NCBI RefSeq assembly: GCF_006345805.1
Contig: NC_042997.1
Coordinates: 8,804,001-8,868,000 of the forward strand
Direction: 5' to 3'
DNA: 64,000 bases
Origin: Octopus sinensis
Lineage: Eukaryota
This document shows, piece by piece, positions 34,266 to 51,000 of this stretch (its first letter is position 1; every line of letters starts with the position of its first letter). The notes beneath the pieces were generated by a model. It ran no database searches. It was not told the origin of the DNA and worked only from the letters and a program-made list of their open reading frames with translations. The position numbers and the translations under genes are program-made.

Positions 34266-37200
34266 AAAACAGACACTGCTGCACATACCACACACCTCAC
34301 TCACCACAGCAGCACCACATTAATAATACACACTTTCCCCGTTTCAAGATAACTCTTGCCAGCTTCACAGCATACACAATCAAGGGATTCAAAACAATGT
34401 TAACTATGGAAAGTGTCACGGAAGTTGAGAAAATTAAATATCCTCATCTCCTGTCATCATCATTTAACATCCATACCCCTTGCTGATATGGGTTGGACAG
34501 TTTGACAGGATCTGATGAACCCAAAGACAGCATTGTGGTCCAGTATCTGCTTTTGACATGATTTCTGTGACAAGATCTCCTTCCTAACGCCAAGTGGCTC
34601 TTGTATTGAGAAAATATTTTGACAAAATGTTTTCAGTTTATTCTTTCACTACATATTTTCCAAACTGCTGTTGTCATTCATTAGTATGGAGCTGTTCAAA
34701 CTTGTTAACCAGTCACTACTATATCACAGGTAGCTGTTACCCTCTATTTTCCTTTTAAAGCATCCTATAATTTAACTATTGTTTTATAATCGATTATTCT
34801 TCTCTAAGAAATATTACTGTTCCTGTAGAGATCTTTCCAGCTACCTCAACAGCTAAACTATTTAAACTGCATAGAAAATCTAATACAGTTTCAATTTTCT
34901 CTGAAGTCCACCCATTTTCTGTTTCAAATGTTGCATTTTTTCTTTTTCCATTTGCAGCAGCATTTGTCAAATCTAATATTTACAGCTTAAAATGTCAATA
35001 GAGGTTGTTGCACAGTTTTTAATTAGAATTATTTTAAATGGACCATTAAGGTATAAAATAATTAATAAATATGTAAATGAATAAAATAAAAAAAAGACTA
35101 ATAATATTGTAACTACTCCCTTTCTGTCATTTTTCTTATAAGATGTTCAGTATTAAATTTTATCTGACTTTCATTTAATCTCAATTAGATTTCAACTGAA
35201 AATATGTTCATATTAGAGCAATTTATAACATTTTCTTCATCTGCTTAATATCACAGCAGTTTCTCATTCTTATAACATATAAATTCATTTCTGTTCTTTT
35301 GATTTTTCCTCAATACATTTTCTTGCAAGGTCATTAGGTCAGTTTTCATATCCTGTAAGCTTACAATTGTAAAGTGTAAAATGGAGCAGTTCATTATTGA
35401 TTGAATTGCATCATGTGGTGTTATTGCAAAATGTTTTCATTCAAAAGAATTCAGTGTCAATATAAATGAAGCAGAACCAGTTGTATTTAGAAATCGCTTT
35501 TAGACCTAAATTGATGTGATATTTTATTGTGAGTAAATCAAAACAAAAACGAACCAATGCGATATAATCTAGCTGCTACCTAATTTATAAGAATTAAAAT
35601 TGTAGCTTCCAGTATAAGATGATGTTCATTGAAGCATAATATGTTAATGGATGACTGAATTAATTAATCAGAACCATACTTACAATGTTGAATGGAAAGG
35701 TATTTATATACATATCCACGTGTGAGCACACTGTACTTTCAATTGTCTCTATTAATATGTTCTGCAAATGTTATCATGAAATGGTAATTTCTATCAGATT
35801 TGGTAATTAAGTGTTTTAATTTCACAATTATAATGAAGTTTTACCACATTAAAGGATTTAATATCTCTCTCAATTGTTTTATATATGTGTGTATCTATAT
35901 ATATATATTTTACATTTTAAAAATTGAAATGATATTTCAAGTGTTATTGTTCTCCTATATAAAGTTAGATAGTTAAACAAAAATAACCCAAACCTGATCA
36001 TTCTAAAATTGTCAATATAATGTCAAAAGAGTAATATCTTTCTTTGATTTATAATTTTCAATATTGTTGTTCTTTGAGTTAAAATGATCAGCTATTATTA
36101 AAGAGAAGACTTTTATTAACTGAATAATTGGATTGCTGATCACATGTAAAACATGTGAAAGAATGGAAAATGCCTGCTAATTAATAGGATGTTATAGCTA
36201 TTAAAGTTTGAATTTTTAGAGGATCTAATGAATGTTGGGTAAACAAGAACAGTAAGTGACCAATACAGAATCTAATCCATTGTTTTATGTAAGAGTCTAT
36301 GAGAATATACAGAATTGTTAAGAGTCTATAACTCCTTAAACAATGCTATATTTTGCTAGTTATTCTATTTTATAAGTAATTCAAAGTAATTAGAATGATT
36401 GAATCAAAAGCTATGAGGTCTGTTTTGTATTGTAGATTTAATGATAATGTTCAAGATATATAATTCGTTCATTCATTTCTACAGTTTGCTTAACATTTAT
36501 TCCTCATACCACTTTGCTAGCTCGGTTCCAATGAGAGAAAATCGAGGCAGGATTTTTATAGCTAGATGCTTTACATATCATCAAACTTGCCTTGTTTTAT
36601 AAAAATTTGATTTTTTTAAATATATTTCAGAAGAATTAGAAAGCACTAAGCTGGCGCATCATTCATTCATAGGAAATGTCATGTTACTACCCAATCAGTG
36701 ACAACATCATTAGTATCCATAGCCCAGTGTTGTTCTTTTAGACATCCACATAGACACACATCCATACACACAAATATATGGATGCATACATGTACACATA
36801 ATCATACATACACATGTGTGAGTTTATGCATGTGTGTGTGTGTGTGTGTGTGTGTTGTATATGATATATCCATAACTGGAAATACTTAAATTTTCTGTCC
36901 ACTAAATTCCATCATGAGGCACTGGTTCACATAAAGCTATAGCAGTGTACATTTTGTCAAGGTGCCATGCACAAAAAGGTGTCATGGAACAAAAAGCCAT
37001 GCAGTTGAAAAAATAACTTCATAATCACAGTTATATTTCTGCCTACTTTGTAAAAGGTCCAGTCCTTTTATCCTCATAGAGTGCTGTTTGTAGATTTTAT
37101 ATATTGTTTACTTCATCATTCTGACTTTAAAATACCTTTTTAGCTCACACTGCCAACAATGTTAAACTGGAAAGTTATTATCTCTAAGTTACCTGCCTGC

Positions 37201-37829
37201 ACCACCTGGTTTTAAGATGTTCAAGGTTGAATGTATCTCTGATTTAAGAGCCATAGCAGTTACATAAACTTTAAAAAAAATCTGACATTGGTTAACAAAG
37301 CTGAAAGTTGCGGTTGCAATTTTTTTCATGGGTATTCATAGATGTGCTTGTTACAATAAGTGTCAAATTTAAGTCAATAGAACTAATTGCTCTAAATATA
37401 AAAAGTAAATATCTGATTTGATCTTTTTGGATGGATTGGTTGTCTGAAACATTTAATGGAATACTTGATAATATATCTGGTAGTAGAGAGAGGATGAATG
37501 AATCACCTAAAATCATTTTCCATTGAAAATATGCTTGGAGTTTTAAAAAGTGGAAAATAGAATTTCAAATATTTAAGGCTCAGCTCAAAATCTTATCACT
37601 TTCCTTTTCGTCATTATCATCATCACTTGTGATGTTGAGTATCAGAGTAGTTCTGATCAAGCAAACCCCTCATCAATAGTACCCCACTAGTGACCATCCA
37701 ATCATTTTCCAGACACAATACACCTTGAAGTATATTATACATTATATTCATATAATAAACACAATGAATAATATTTGCATTTTTAAGTAATTAGAGTATG
37801 ACCCGAAGGTGATTTTTACTACTCTTTTT

Positions 37830-38190
37830 AGTAGGTTGAGTGACCACAGAGTAGCTTTCTCATTATTTCATCCCTGCACTTGTGTTTTATTTTTATATCA
37901 TGCAGTCGTTTGTTACCAGTTATAATCAATAAATTTGCCACATGTGATTTGCTTGAAACTTTTTTTCCTATCACATCAGTTTGTTCCAAGATGCATCTCA
38001 CACATGCCCTGAGAAACATCAACAGTGATGTTTCTAGTGTCTTAGCAGGTCTTTTGACACCAGACCTCCTTACTCAGTTAACCTTTCTTGATCAAGTCCC
38101 AATCACAGCAAACCACTGGTCTGTTCTTATTCAAAGTCATCTAGAGACCATTTCTGCAATTTCAGAAGAGAAATGTATGGCAATCCTCTT
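37830..38190 (-). mobile_element. RLE-type (R4-like) C-terminal remnant
   Basis: Minus frames D(F)*IRTDQ.. and RACVRCILEQTDVIGK..CRDEIMRKLL resemble the WDF.IQTD / V.P.V.GALG..ILRK.L pattern; weak. Confidence 0.45.
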
Positions 38191-38700
38191 TGCTGTACCA
38201 GTAACTCCCAAACCTGTCTGAGCTTTGTAAAGAAATGTCCCACATAATGCCAGTAGCCTGCTTCAAATAGCTCATGATAGGCCTTCTAGTTTTGGCATCT
38301 GTGCTACTTCACCAGTTCTGGGTATCTGGCAAACTTTCTCATATGAGTTTTCTCCATGTGTTCCTCCCAGGGCACTGTCAGGTTCAATAGGATCATCTGT
38401 TTGGCATTTGAGAAGATAACCTTATCTTGATGGAGTGTTGCTGGTATAATAAACTCTGGGAATTTTGATTGTTTGATGAGATCCACTCTTAACAGCAAGT
38501 CTGAGGAAAGTAGGCACAGGTGTTAATAATTCAGTGAGCAGGGCCTCTCTTCGACTTTGAGAAAAGTAATGGCCTCCTTCTTGAACTGGTATTGTTATCA
38601 CCTCCACTACTACCTTGAACACCTGATCATATCAACAGCAGAAGCACCATTAGCTAAGGTTCTGTTGAAGGAACCCATTTTCAGTACACCAGAGAGAGGA
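38190..38700 (-). mobile_element. HERO/NeSL-like non-LTR element, restriction-like endonuclease remnant
   Basis: VDLIKQSKFPEFIIPATLHQDKVIFSNAKQMILLNLTVPWEEHMEKTHMRKFARYPELVK (VDL...L.FP..I..T.LRPD...LIELTVPWEE pattern); upstream DQVFKVVVEVI. Confidence 0.75.
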
Positions 38701-39489
38701 ATGATGGTTTGTAAGACTCAGGAAAGTTCAGATATCTATAAATATATGCATCAGATTTGTGTAACAAATACACACAATACTGAGAATAAATGGATTCATA
38801 GTGTTTAGTGGAGTAAAATTTAATTCAGATATTGGATAATTTAGTTTGTTGTAGTGACAACCCCATTCATATGTGATGAGGAGGTGACAGGGGGACACAC
38901 CCAAGTTACAGGTGGTGTATATAGTGAAGTAGACTGGATTGGAGACGATAATGGATGGTTGAGTTCACATGATAGTGAAAGGAGAATGGGAACTGGTAGG
39001 TGGGGTGTAATGAGTGAGCACAGGTAGAGGGAGAAGGTATTAGGAAGATATATTGTGGGGGAGGGATTAGACAATGACATATTGTGTGCATGTAGGTACA
39101 AGAGGGTGAATGGAAGGGATTACTGTTGGTAGTGAGCATGGGTGGCGAAAGTGGGGAGGTGACTGGAGGCATAGGTGTAAAGGACCCACCTTTATGTTCT
39201 GGAGTTTATTTAGATGGGTGAGTCTTCTGATGCTCAGCAAATTACCAATTGCCACAATCCTTTGTCATCTCTTATGTGAGGCTCAACATCTGAAGATCCT
39301 TTCTCACCACTTCATCCCATGTCTTCCTGTATCTTCTGCTTCCACATTTAGAGACTGGCACTTCTTTATGCAGTTGTCCTCATTTGTGCGCATCACATGA
39401 CCATACCAACACAGTCTTCTCTCTTGGAAACTGCACCTGATGCCTCATACACAGTTTTTCTCTCGCAACATTCACACTTTGCTGTATCT

Positions 39490-39930
39490 AATAATAATAA
39501 TAGTAATAACGAAATTATTGTATATAGTGCTGAGGTGCACCACAACTTGTCAAAAGTGCATATAAAGCATATGCAGCAATGTACAAATGTCTGGAAAGTG
39601 AACAGTGTATGAGTCAGATACATGCTTGCATGTGTATGGAGGGGAGAAAATCAGGTGTAGTGTTGACGAATCTCAGGAAGCATGGAAGTTTTGAAGGACG
39701 CAGTGCTCCAACAACTAACAACTGATGCCGGCAGTTTGTTCCATACTTTAGCAAATCTTAGCGTGAAAAGGTGTTTCCGAAAGTCATGGGAGCTGTGCTG
39801 TTTTCTGACTTTGTAAACATGTCTATGGGTGTTAGACACGTGGAGTTTGAAAAGGTGCTCTGAGTTATTGTCTGTAAGATGGTTAATAATTTTATGGGTG
39901 TCTGCCAAGTCAGCTGCCAGACATTGGAGT
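39490..39930 (-). mobile_element. CR1-clade LINE 3' end inserted into the RTE copy
   Basis: DLADTHKIINHLT..HLFKLHVSNT..RKQHSSHDFRKHLFTLRFAKVWNKLPASVV; (AAT)n tail at ~39490-39510; same family as 63295-63960. Confidence 0.9.
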
Positions 39931-40324
39931 TTCAATGTGCACTGACATTGCACATCTAGTGGAGCATGCAGTCACTGCCATGTAGCAAAGTTGTCTATAG
40001 ACAGGCATCATACAATCTTCCTTTCACTCTGAATGAAAGGTCCTTCATTACAAACAAAATTAATAGTTATCTTAAATTTTGCTTTGCCAAATTTTATTCT
40101 AGCAACTACATTTCCAGAGCAACCTTCTTCACTTCTCATTTGATCACCTAAATAGTAAAAACTATCCTCTACCTCTAAAGATTCACCTAAATATTTGAGG
40201 AAATCTATTTCCTGTACATTCTTAGTTTTTACTGTACTTGCACATGTCACACAGATTAACCTTCTTGTGATTCCACTGCACCTCTTATGTGTCTATAGCT
40301 TGTACCACTAGGTTGTGCAAGCTA

Positions 40325-40562
40325 TAGACCCATAGACACATAGACATATATAGACACATATAGACACATAGACATATAGACATATAGACACATAAACATA
40401 TAGACACATAGACATATAGACACATAGACACATATACACATATAGATACATAGACATATAAGAACATAGACATATAGACACATAGACATATAGACACATA
40501 TACACATATAGATACATAGACATATAGACACATACACATATAGACACATAGACACATATTGA
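40325..40562. repeat. 8-bp-unit minisatellite (GACACATA/GACATATA)n
   Basis: Directly visible. Confidence 0.9.
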
Positions 40563-41229
40563 CACAATAGGTGTAGGTAAAAAGTTTTAACCTACACCTT
40601 TAACCACCTATTGACCAGGAACATTTCTCTGAAGGAACTTGTAATTTGTCTGCTTTACTGCTTACAAGTACTTTGGTCTTTGCAAAATTAACTTGAAGGC
40701 CCTTAAATTTCAGTCTTTACTTCCATACCTGAAATTTCTTCACTAACTCTACAAATTCTACTATAAGCACAATGCTATCAGTATAGAGTTCTCCCCAGAA
40801 GCAGTCAGTCTTCATTGCTTTGTTATGGTCTGGAGGACTATGATAAACAGGAGAGTAGTGAGAACCAATCCATGCTGAATGCCTACCCATATGCTAAATT
40901 CATTGCTATAATCATTGCAAACTTTTACCTTACAGATAGCATTCCTGTTCATAACTTGGACAGTTCTAACCAACCACTCAGCTATCACTAGATTACACAT
41001 TGATCGCCAGAAGAGGGAGTGAGGGACCCTGTCAAAGGCTTTATTCATGTTAACAAAAGCCAAGTACAACAGTTTATTTTTCACTAAATATTTCTTCTGT
41101 CTTACTAAGAAGATATCATCAATAATGCTTCTCCCTGGCTCAAAACCAAACGGCATCTTGTCCAGGTTAACTCTCTGATGGATGCAGTTTGTTATACTGT
41201 AAATATGGGAGAGGATTTTCGTACTACAG

Positions 41230-41398
41230 GTCTATACCTAAGAGATGAGGAATTATGTACATTATTTACATTTGATGGATATTTGTCCTCATCTCGTTTG
41301 TTGTTAAAACAACTTTTTGGCTGATATAATCTCCAGCATTCATCGGGTGTCTTGGGGAAATTTGAAACCTAGGTTCTCATTCCTAAGGTATTTTTTCA

Positions 41399-41475
<77 letters not shown>

Positions 41476-41481
41476 TTATTA

Positions 41482-41537
<56 letters not shown>

Positions 41538-41560
41538 ATTCAGGTCACTGCCTGGAATCA
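41230..41560 (-). mobile_element. tRNA/HHR SINE copy, head truncated, expanded (AAT)n spacer
   Basis: Same family as 30154-30403; HHR 41351->41306 is decayed (CCGAUGA, no GAAAC). Confidence 0.85.
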
Positions 41561-41790
41561 AGAGCATGGGCTACTAACCCCAAGATTCTGAGTTCAATTT
41601 CAAGCAGTGTCCTGAATAATAATACCAAAAATAAAAATAATAACATTGACAAATGCCTTAGGAATGAGAACCCAGGTCCAAAATTTCCCCAAGATACCTG
41701 AAGAAGGCTGGAGGGTATATCAGCCGAAATGTTGTGATAACGACAAACGAGATGAGGACAAACATCTGTCAAATGTAAATAATGTAAATA
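41561..41790 (+). mobile_element. tRNA/HHR SINE copy fused head-to-head to the previous copy
   Basis: agagcatgggctactaaccccaagattctgagttcaatttc head remnant; HHR 41693-41738 GAUAC-CUGAAGA-A-GGCUG..CAGCC-GAAAU-GUU-GUGAU; tail aatgtaaataatgtaaataat. Confidence 0.85.
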
Positions 41791-42144
41791 ATGATTTTGG
41801 TATCGTTGTGGTTTGGTTTTCGTTAGTTGTTTGAGTTATAAAAAATTGTTTATTCAAAGGGTCTGTGGCAATGGGCTAAAAAAGGCACACAGACTTTTGG
41901 ATATAAGGATTTTTTTTCTGTGGGTATGTGTGCATATATGTATATTGGGTGTGTCTTTGTGCATATGTATGTGTACATGTTGCAGATATGTGCCACAGGC
42001 CTCTATATGAGAAGGTAAAGACTTCCAGATTACATCAGAAAAGATTTTTCCAGTAGTTCCAGATAATTAGCATGTTGAATGTGGGACACATATATCTTTG
42101 CCTTCCTTGATCCTTCATCAACAATTTCAACAAGATCTTGAAAA

Positions 42145-46250
<4,106 letters not shown>

Positions 46251-46759
46251 ATGTGTTTAAGGACAGTTTTTCCTATTTATTTTGCATTTCAGGTTTTAAA
46301 ATTATGCGTATTTTTATCACTTTTAAACTTTTGTTTGGCTATATTCAACAACTTATTCAACTAATATATAGATAGACAGACAGACAGGCAGGCAGGCAGA
46401 AATAGATAGGCAGACAGGCAGGCAGGCAGACAAACATACAGGCCCACACATACACAGACGAACACACACACACACACATACACACGCAGACACATAGAGA
46501 CAGATAGACAGAAAGATAGGCAGGCAGATAGATAGATCTATATAATATAGTATTGAACATACATCAGTTAAATTTACCATGCAATTTTACTCACAAGTAT
46601 TCATTGAAAACTCACTCCCTATGCTCATCAAAAGGGCTGATATAAAGAAAATAGCGATGACTTTTATACTGTATTGTATATATATTAATATCTCTACCTT
46701 ACTGACAAATATTATAGTACCTGATTTTTTCTGACTTATGGATTCTGAAACAACTATCA

Positions 46760-47035
46760 TTGTCACACTCAACGTCATCCTTTAAAGATAAAATACATGC
46801 ACCCTTTTTAAATCCTAGCCAAGCTCATGGGCCCAGTTTCCTGGTTTCTAAGGCGTATGTGTTCCCCAGCTGGACAGAATGCCAGTCCATCGCAGTGTTA
46901 CTCATTTTTGCCAGCCGAGTGGACTGGAGCAATGTGAATGAAGTGTTTTGCTCAAGAACTCAACACGTTGCCCGGTCCAGGAATCGAAACCACAATCTTA
47001 CGATCAGGTGCTGACAAACTAACCACTAAGCAGCA
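46760..47035 (-). mobile_element. Meta-like SINE
   Basis: ccccagctggacagaatgccagtccatcgcag..gaagtgttttgctcaagaac..ggaatcgaaacc..aaccactaagc; plus-strand relative at 56165-56410. Confidence 0.8.
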
Positions 47036-47294
47036 CGACTCCACTAACGGCATCCTTTAATGCCCACTTATTCATTCTTGGATGAATCAGAAAGAATTTG
47101 AGCTGGAAGATTTTTCTATGGTTGAATGCCCTTTTTCTGCTGCCAACTCTCATCCGTTTCCATACAGGGTAATATTTCCCCATGGTTAGATATGACTTCC
47201 ATGGAAGACTAGAAATGAACAACATTTGCTTGTATGATAGTGATTCTCATTTACAACCATCACATGATATCGAAACAGGGATACACTCAAACAG

Positions 47295-47630
47295 AATTAT
47301 ATATGGTGAGATTCCCTTCGGTCATGACTGACCAAGGGATTGCACTTAGAAAGTTACCTTCCCAGGCACAAGTCCATGCAAGGTTGTTTATGGAAGACCA
47401 GCAGTCACCCATGCATACTGGCCTCCCCTCTCTTCGCCACCAGCGTTATCCAAGGGAAAGGCAAAGGCTGATACAATTTGGCACCTGTGACGTTGCAATT
47501 CATTTCTACAGTTGAGTGAACTGGAGCAACGTGAAATAAAGTGTCTTGCTCAAGAACACAACACGCAGCCCGGTCCGGGATTTGAACTCACAACCTCACA
47601 ATCATAAGCTCGACGCTCTAACCACTGAGC
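47295..47630 (-). mobile_element. tRNA-headed SINE (33930 family), full length
   Basis: Collinear with 33930-34265. Confidence 0.9.
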
Positions 47631-47807
47631 TATGCATATTCACACATATTCATACACAATTATACATACACACACATATATATATTTATGCACACACACA
47701 CTCACATATACATACATACACACACACATACATACACACACACACATATATATTATATATATATTATATATGTGTGTGTGTATATATATATATATATTGG
47801 TAGATAG

Positions 47808-47823
47808 ATTGATAGATAGATAA

Positions 47824-47888
<65 letters not shown>

Positions 47889-47900
47889 CAGATAGTTAGA
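47808..47900. repeat. (GATA)n microsatellite
   Basis: Directly visible. Confidence 0.95.
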
Positions 47901-47939
47901 TGGATCAAAACAGTTTGATTCAGAGGCCTTGGTACACTG

Positions 47940-48268
47940 AGTTTTAAGTGTGTGGCTAGTCTTCAGCTATTGGTGTCTGTTTAAGTGATAACAACAAAAA
48001 TCAACAAGCCACAATCTCTGCTGGTTTGCTTGCTCGTCACCACTCAACTCATAGACACAAGCAACGATTTCTTTGCCGAATCGTTACTGGCAACGAAAAA
48101 TGGTGCCTGTACATCAATATGAAGCAGTTACAGGAATGGCTTAGCCCAGGTAAACAAGCGGCACCGCGCGTGAAACAAGATCTTCATCTACATAAAATGA
48201 TGTTGTGCATATGGTGGAACTGGGAAGGGATTAGCCATTACAAATTGCTTGAACAGAACCAAACTAAG
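47940..48268 (+). pseudogene. Mariner transposase fragment (first catalytic D region)
   Basis: LSDNNKNQQATISAGLLARH..RFLCRIVTGNEKWCLYINMKQLQEWLSPGKQAAPRVKQDLHLHKMMLCIWWNWEGISHYKLLEQNQT (canonical IVTGDEKW..KVML.VWW..G.I.YELL); cut off by an RTE-tail insertion at ~48270. Confidence 0.9.
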
Positions 48269-48715
48269 TTTCCATGCTGGCATGGGTTGGACGATTTGAC
48301 TGACTTCTGGTGAACCAGATGGCTGCACCAGGCTCCAATCTGATCTGGCAGAGTTTCTACAGCTGGATGCCCTTCCTAATGCCAACCACTTCGAGAGTGT
48401 AGAGGGTGCTTTTACATGCCACTGGCATGAGGGCCAGTCAGGTGTTTTTATGCGCTACCTGCACAGGAGCTAGTCCAGTGGCACTGGCAATGACCTCACT
48501 CAAATATTTTTTCATGTACCACTGGCACAAGAGTCAGTAAACCAACACTGGTAACAATCACACTCAAATGGTGCTATTTATGTGCCACCAGCATGGGAGC
48601 CAGTCAGCTGCTCTGGCAATGATCAAGCTCAGATGGTGCTCTTAATGCTCCACTATCACTGATGCCAGTGATGCAGTGCTGTCATCAAATTTGATTTCTA
48701 TTTCAATTTGGATTT
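48269..48715 (-). mobile_element. RTE-type 3' tail
   Basis: ttccatgctggcatgggttggacg..ctggatgcccttcctaatgccaaccact.. Confidence 0.85.
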
Positions 48716-48717
48716 CA

Positions 48718-49446
48718 CTTAAGCTGGGCTACACATATAAGCAGCAAAGTTGACATGGCCCGCAGAATGTGTTCCTGGATTCTCAGAACCTTCCAGTCGA
48801 GAGATTCCCACGCTATTATCCTTCTCTTCTCCACTTTTGCCCGACCCCACCTTGAATACTGCTGTCCACTGTGGTCTCCCTACACAAAACAAAATATTAT
48901 GAGAATTGAAGCTCCCCAAAGGTCAATCACAAAAAAGATAGATGGCATGTCAGACCTTGACTACTGGGGTAGACTAGAGAAGCTGAAATTGTATTCACTC
49001 CAACGACGCCGTGAACGCTACATTATCTGTATGATGTGGAAAATATTCCATCAGCACTGTCCGAATGATGTTGGCATCACCTTCAAAATGCATCCAAGGC
49101 TTGGACCACGTGCCATCCGTCCACAACAAAAATCTAAATCGCATCACATAACGACAATACGGCACAACTATTTCACCTCAATTGGACCTGCTCTCTTCAA
49201 CATTACACCAGGACACGTCAAAAAAGAAACTGACACACAAAATTCAAGAAGTCTTTGGACAAATTCCTTCAAACAGTACCGGACAAACCACCCACACCCG
49301 GATATGTCTCCGCAAACAATAACTCTCTGCTCGAATGGGCCTTGGTGCCCAAATCCTGAACTGAAAGACTTCGCCAGGTGGTGCTATTAAGTTAGACATG
49401 GCCTGGGCCAATACTGGCCAAAACCTTTCTAAGTTATTCTAAGTTA
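48718..49446 (+). mobile_element. CR1-clade LINE 3' end (RT C-terminus, 3' UTR, short-repeat tail)
   Basis: ORF 48755-49390 ARRMCSWILRTFQSRD..RPHLEYCCPLWSPY..IEAPQRSITKKI..LDYWGRLEKLKLYSLQRRRERY; tail ttctaagttattctaagtta. Confidence 0.9.
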
Positions 49447-49859
49447 TACATATATATATACACATGTATATATACATACATACATATATATATACATGTG
49501 TATACATACATATATACATGTATATACATACATACATATATACATGTATATACATACATACTTACATATATATATACATATAAATATACACACACAGTAT
49601 ATATGTGTATATATACATAAACAACAACAAAATCACATATCTACAATTCTCTGCAGAATCTGAGTCTAGTTGTCATATTAATTCACCTGGAAACTGTAGA
49701 GGGTTAGTGACATGAAAAGCAACAAGCTGTGACAAGGTGCATCCTAACAAGTTTTTTGTGACTTACACATGCATGGAAATGTAAATCCTAAAATGATAAT
49801 AATGATGATGATAATACATACATATTGTAACAAAACTCAACCTGAGATTTAAACCATAA

Positions 49860-51000
49860 TTCTCAGATTTTACCAGTTTAGAACCACAAACTAACGTATC
49901 TCCATAAAATGAAAAATCATCACCATAAAAGATGTGAAAACCTACGTAAATTTTGCTTGATCAATCAGCACTGGCTGACTAATGGTTATTATAGCAAACT
50001 TCAAAATAATGAGTGAGTTTTGCCACCAAACAGTTCGGCTGAAAATTCTAGAAGTTGTCTTACAGCTGTAAAAGTCTTCAAATTGATTTCAAGCAGAGAG
50101 CCATTCATATGTTACTCTTCAGAATGACACACATTTTTTTATATCATACTGTAAATAAAGAGAGAGCAACCAAAGAATATTACAACAGACATGATAAAAT
50201 TAAAGAACGATTGCTTTCCTCTTGCAACAATATCCAACAATATTTTTACGGCACTCATACCAATAATTAGGATATTTAATTGGTCTGTAGAAATCCAGTT
50301 TATAGACATTAAAAGCTATGAGATATTGACAGTAACAGGAAGCTGCTTCAGACACAGTAATATTGATGGATTATATCTGAGAAGAAAAGACAGAGAAAGA
50401 GGCTTAAGATCAATAGAAACAGATTTTGTGTGATCTATGATATCACTCAGACCGTAACTGCTAGAGAATAACAGCAAAAATTAATACATCAACCAAATAC
50501 TGAAAAATAAGTATTGAACTTCTCAAAAACATTAACTTCCTGATGACCTCCACCACTGCCATATGAACCCAGAAATGCAAGGTTTGTATATCTCAGTACA
50601 TACATCTCTGCATATTACAAAACACCCCACAAACAACAAAAGGGCTACATATATGAAATGAACGACAATGTTAACATGAAGTATGGTTTTTCTTCAACTT
50701 GTGACTACTCCATCATGTGATATCCCAAAGCTATATTTTTGCAATCGAAGAGCATTAGAAAACTACAAAATATTTCAAGAAAATGTGGGATAGTGAAGCC
50801 CTTAATCTCCCAAGATGCTACTGCTAATATTGATTTTGTCACTCTTCTGAGGAGAACATAAAACTTGTAATCTGCTACTTACCAAAAATGTCATTGAGGA
50901 ACAATCTCCCACTGCAACATGTGACTAAAACAATATACAATGCCATCAGCAGAAAAGATTGCCCTGATATACATACAAATAAGGCATATGCTATTGAATA
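49860..51000 (+). mobile_element. R4/Dong-like LINE remnant
   Basis: IRIFNWSVEIQFIDIKSYEILTVTGSCFRHSNIDGLYLRRKDRERGLRSIE (W...E....D.K....LT..G.FH..S..DRLY..RK.GGRGL.SIE). Confidence 0.7.

Larger units (their letters stand above)
39090..41200 (-). mobile_element. Fragmented RTE-clade LINE (RT to 3' end), interrupted by CR1 and a minisatellite
   Basis: FGFEPGRSIIDDIFLVRQ..YLAFVNMNKAFDRVPHSLFW..VGIQHGLVLTTLLFIIVLQ (40812-41156); LEVEDSFYYLGDQ..VVARIKFG (40008-40250); 3' end at 39200-39480. Confidence 0.85.

Noticed and set aside
34935-35030. Strong-looking splice acceptor (ttttttctttttccatttgcag)
   Set aside because: No open frame or donor follows; pyrimidine tracts are common at this AT content.
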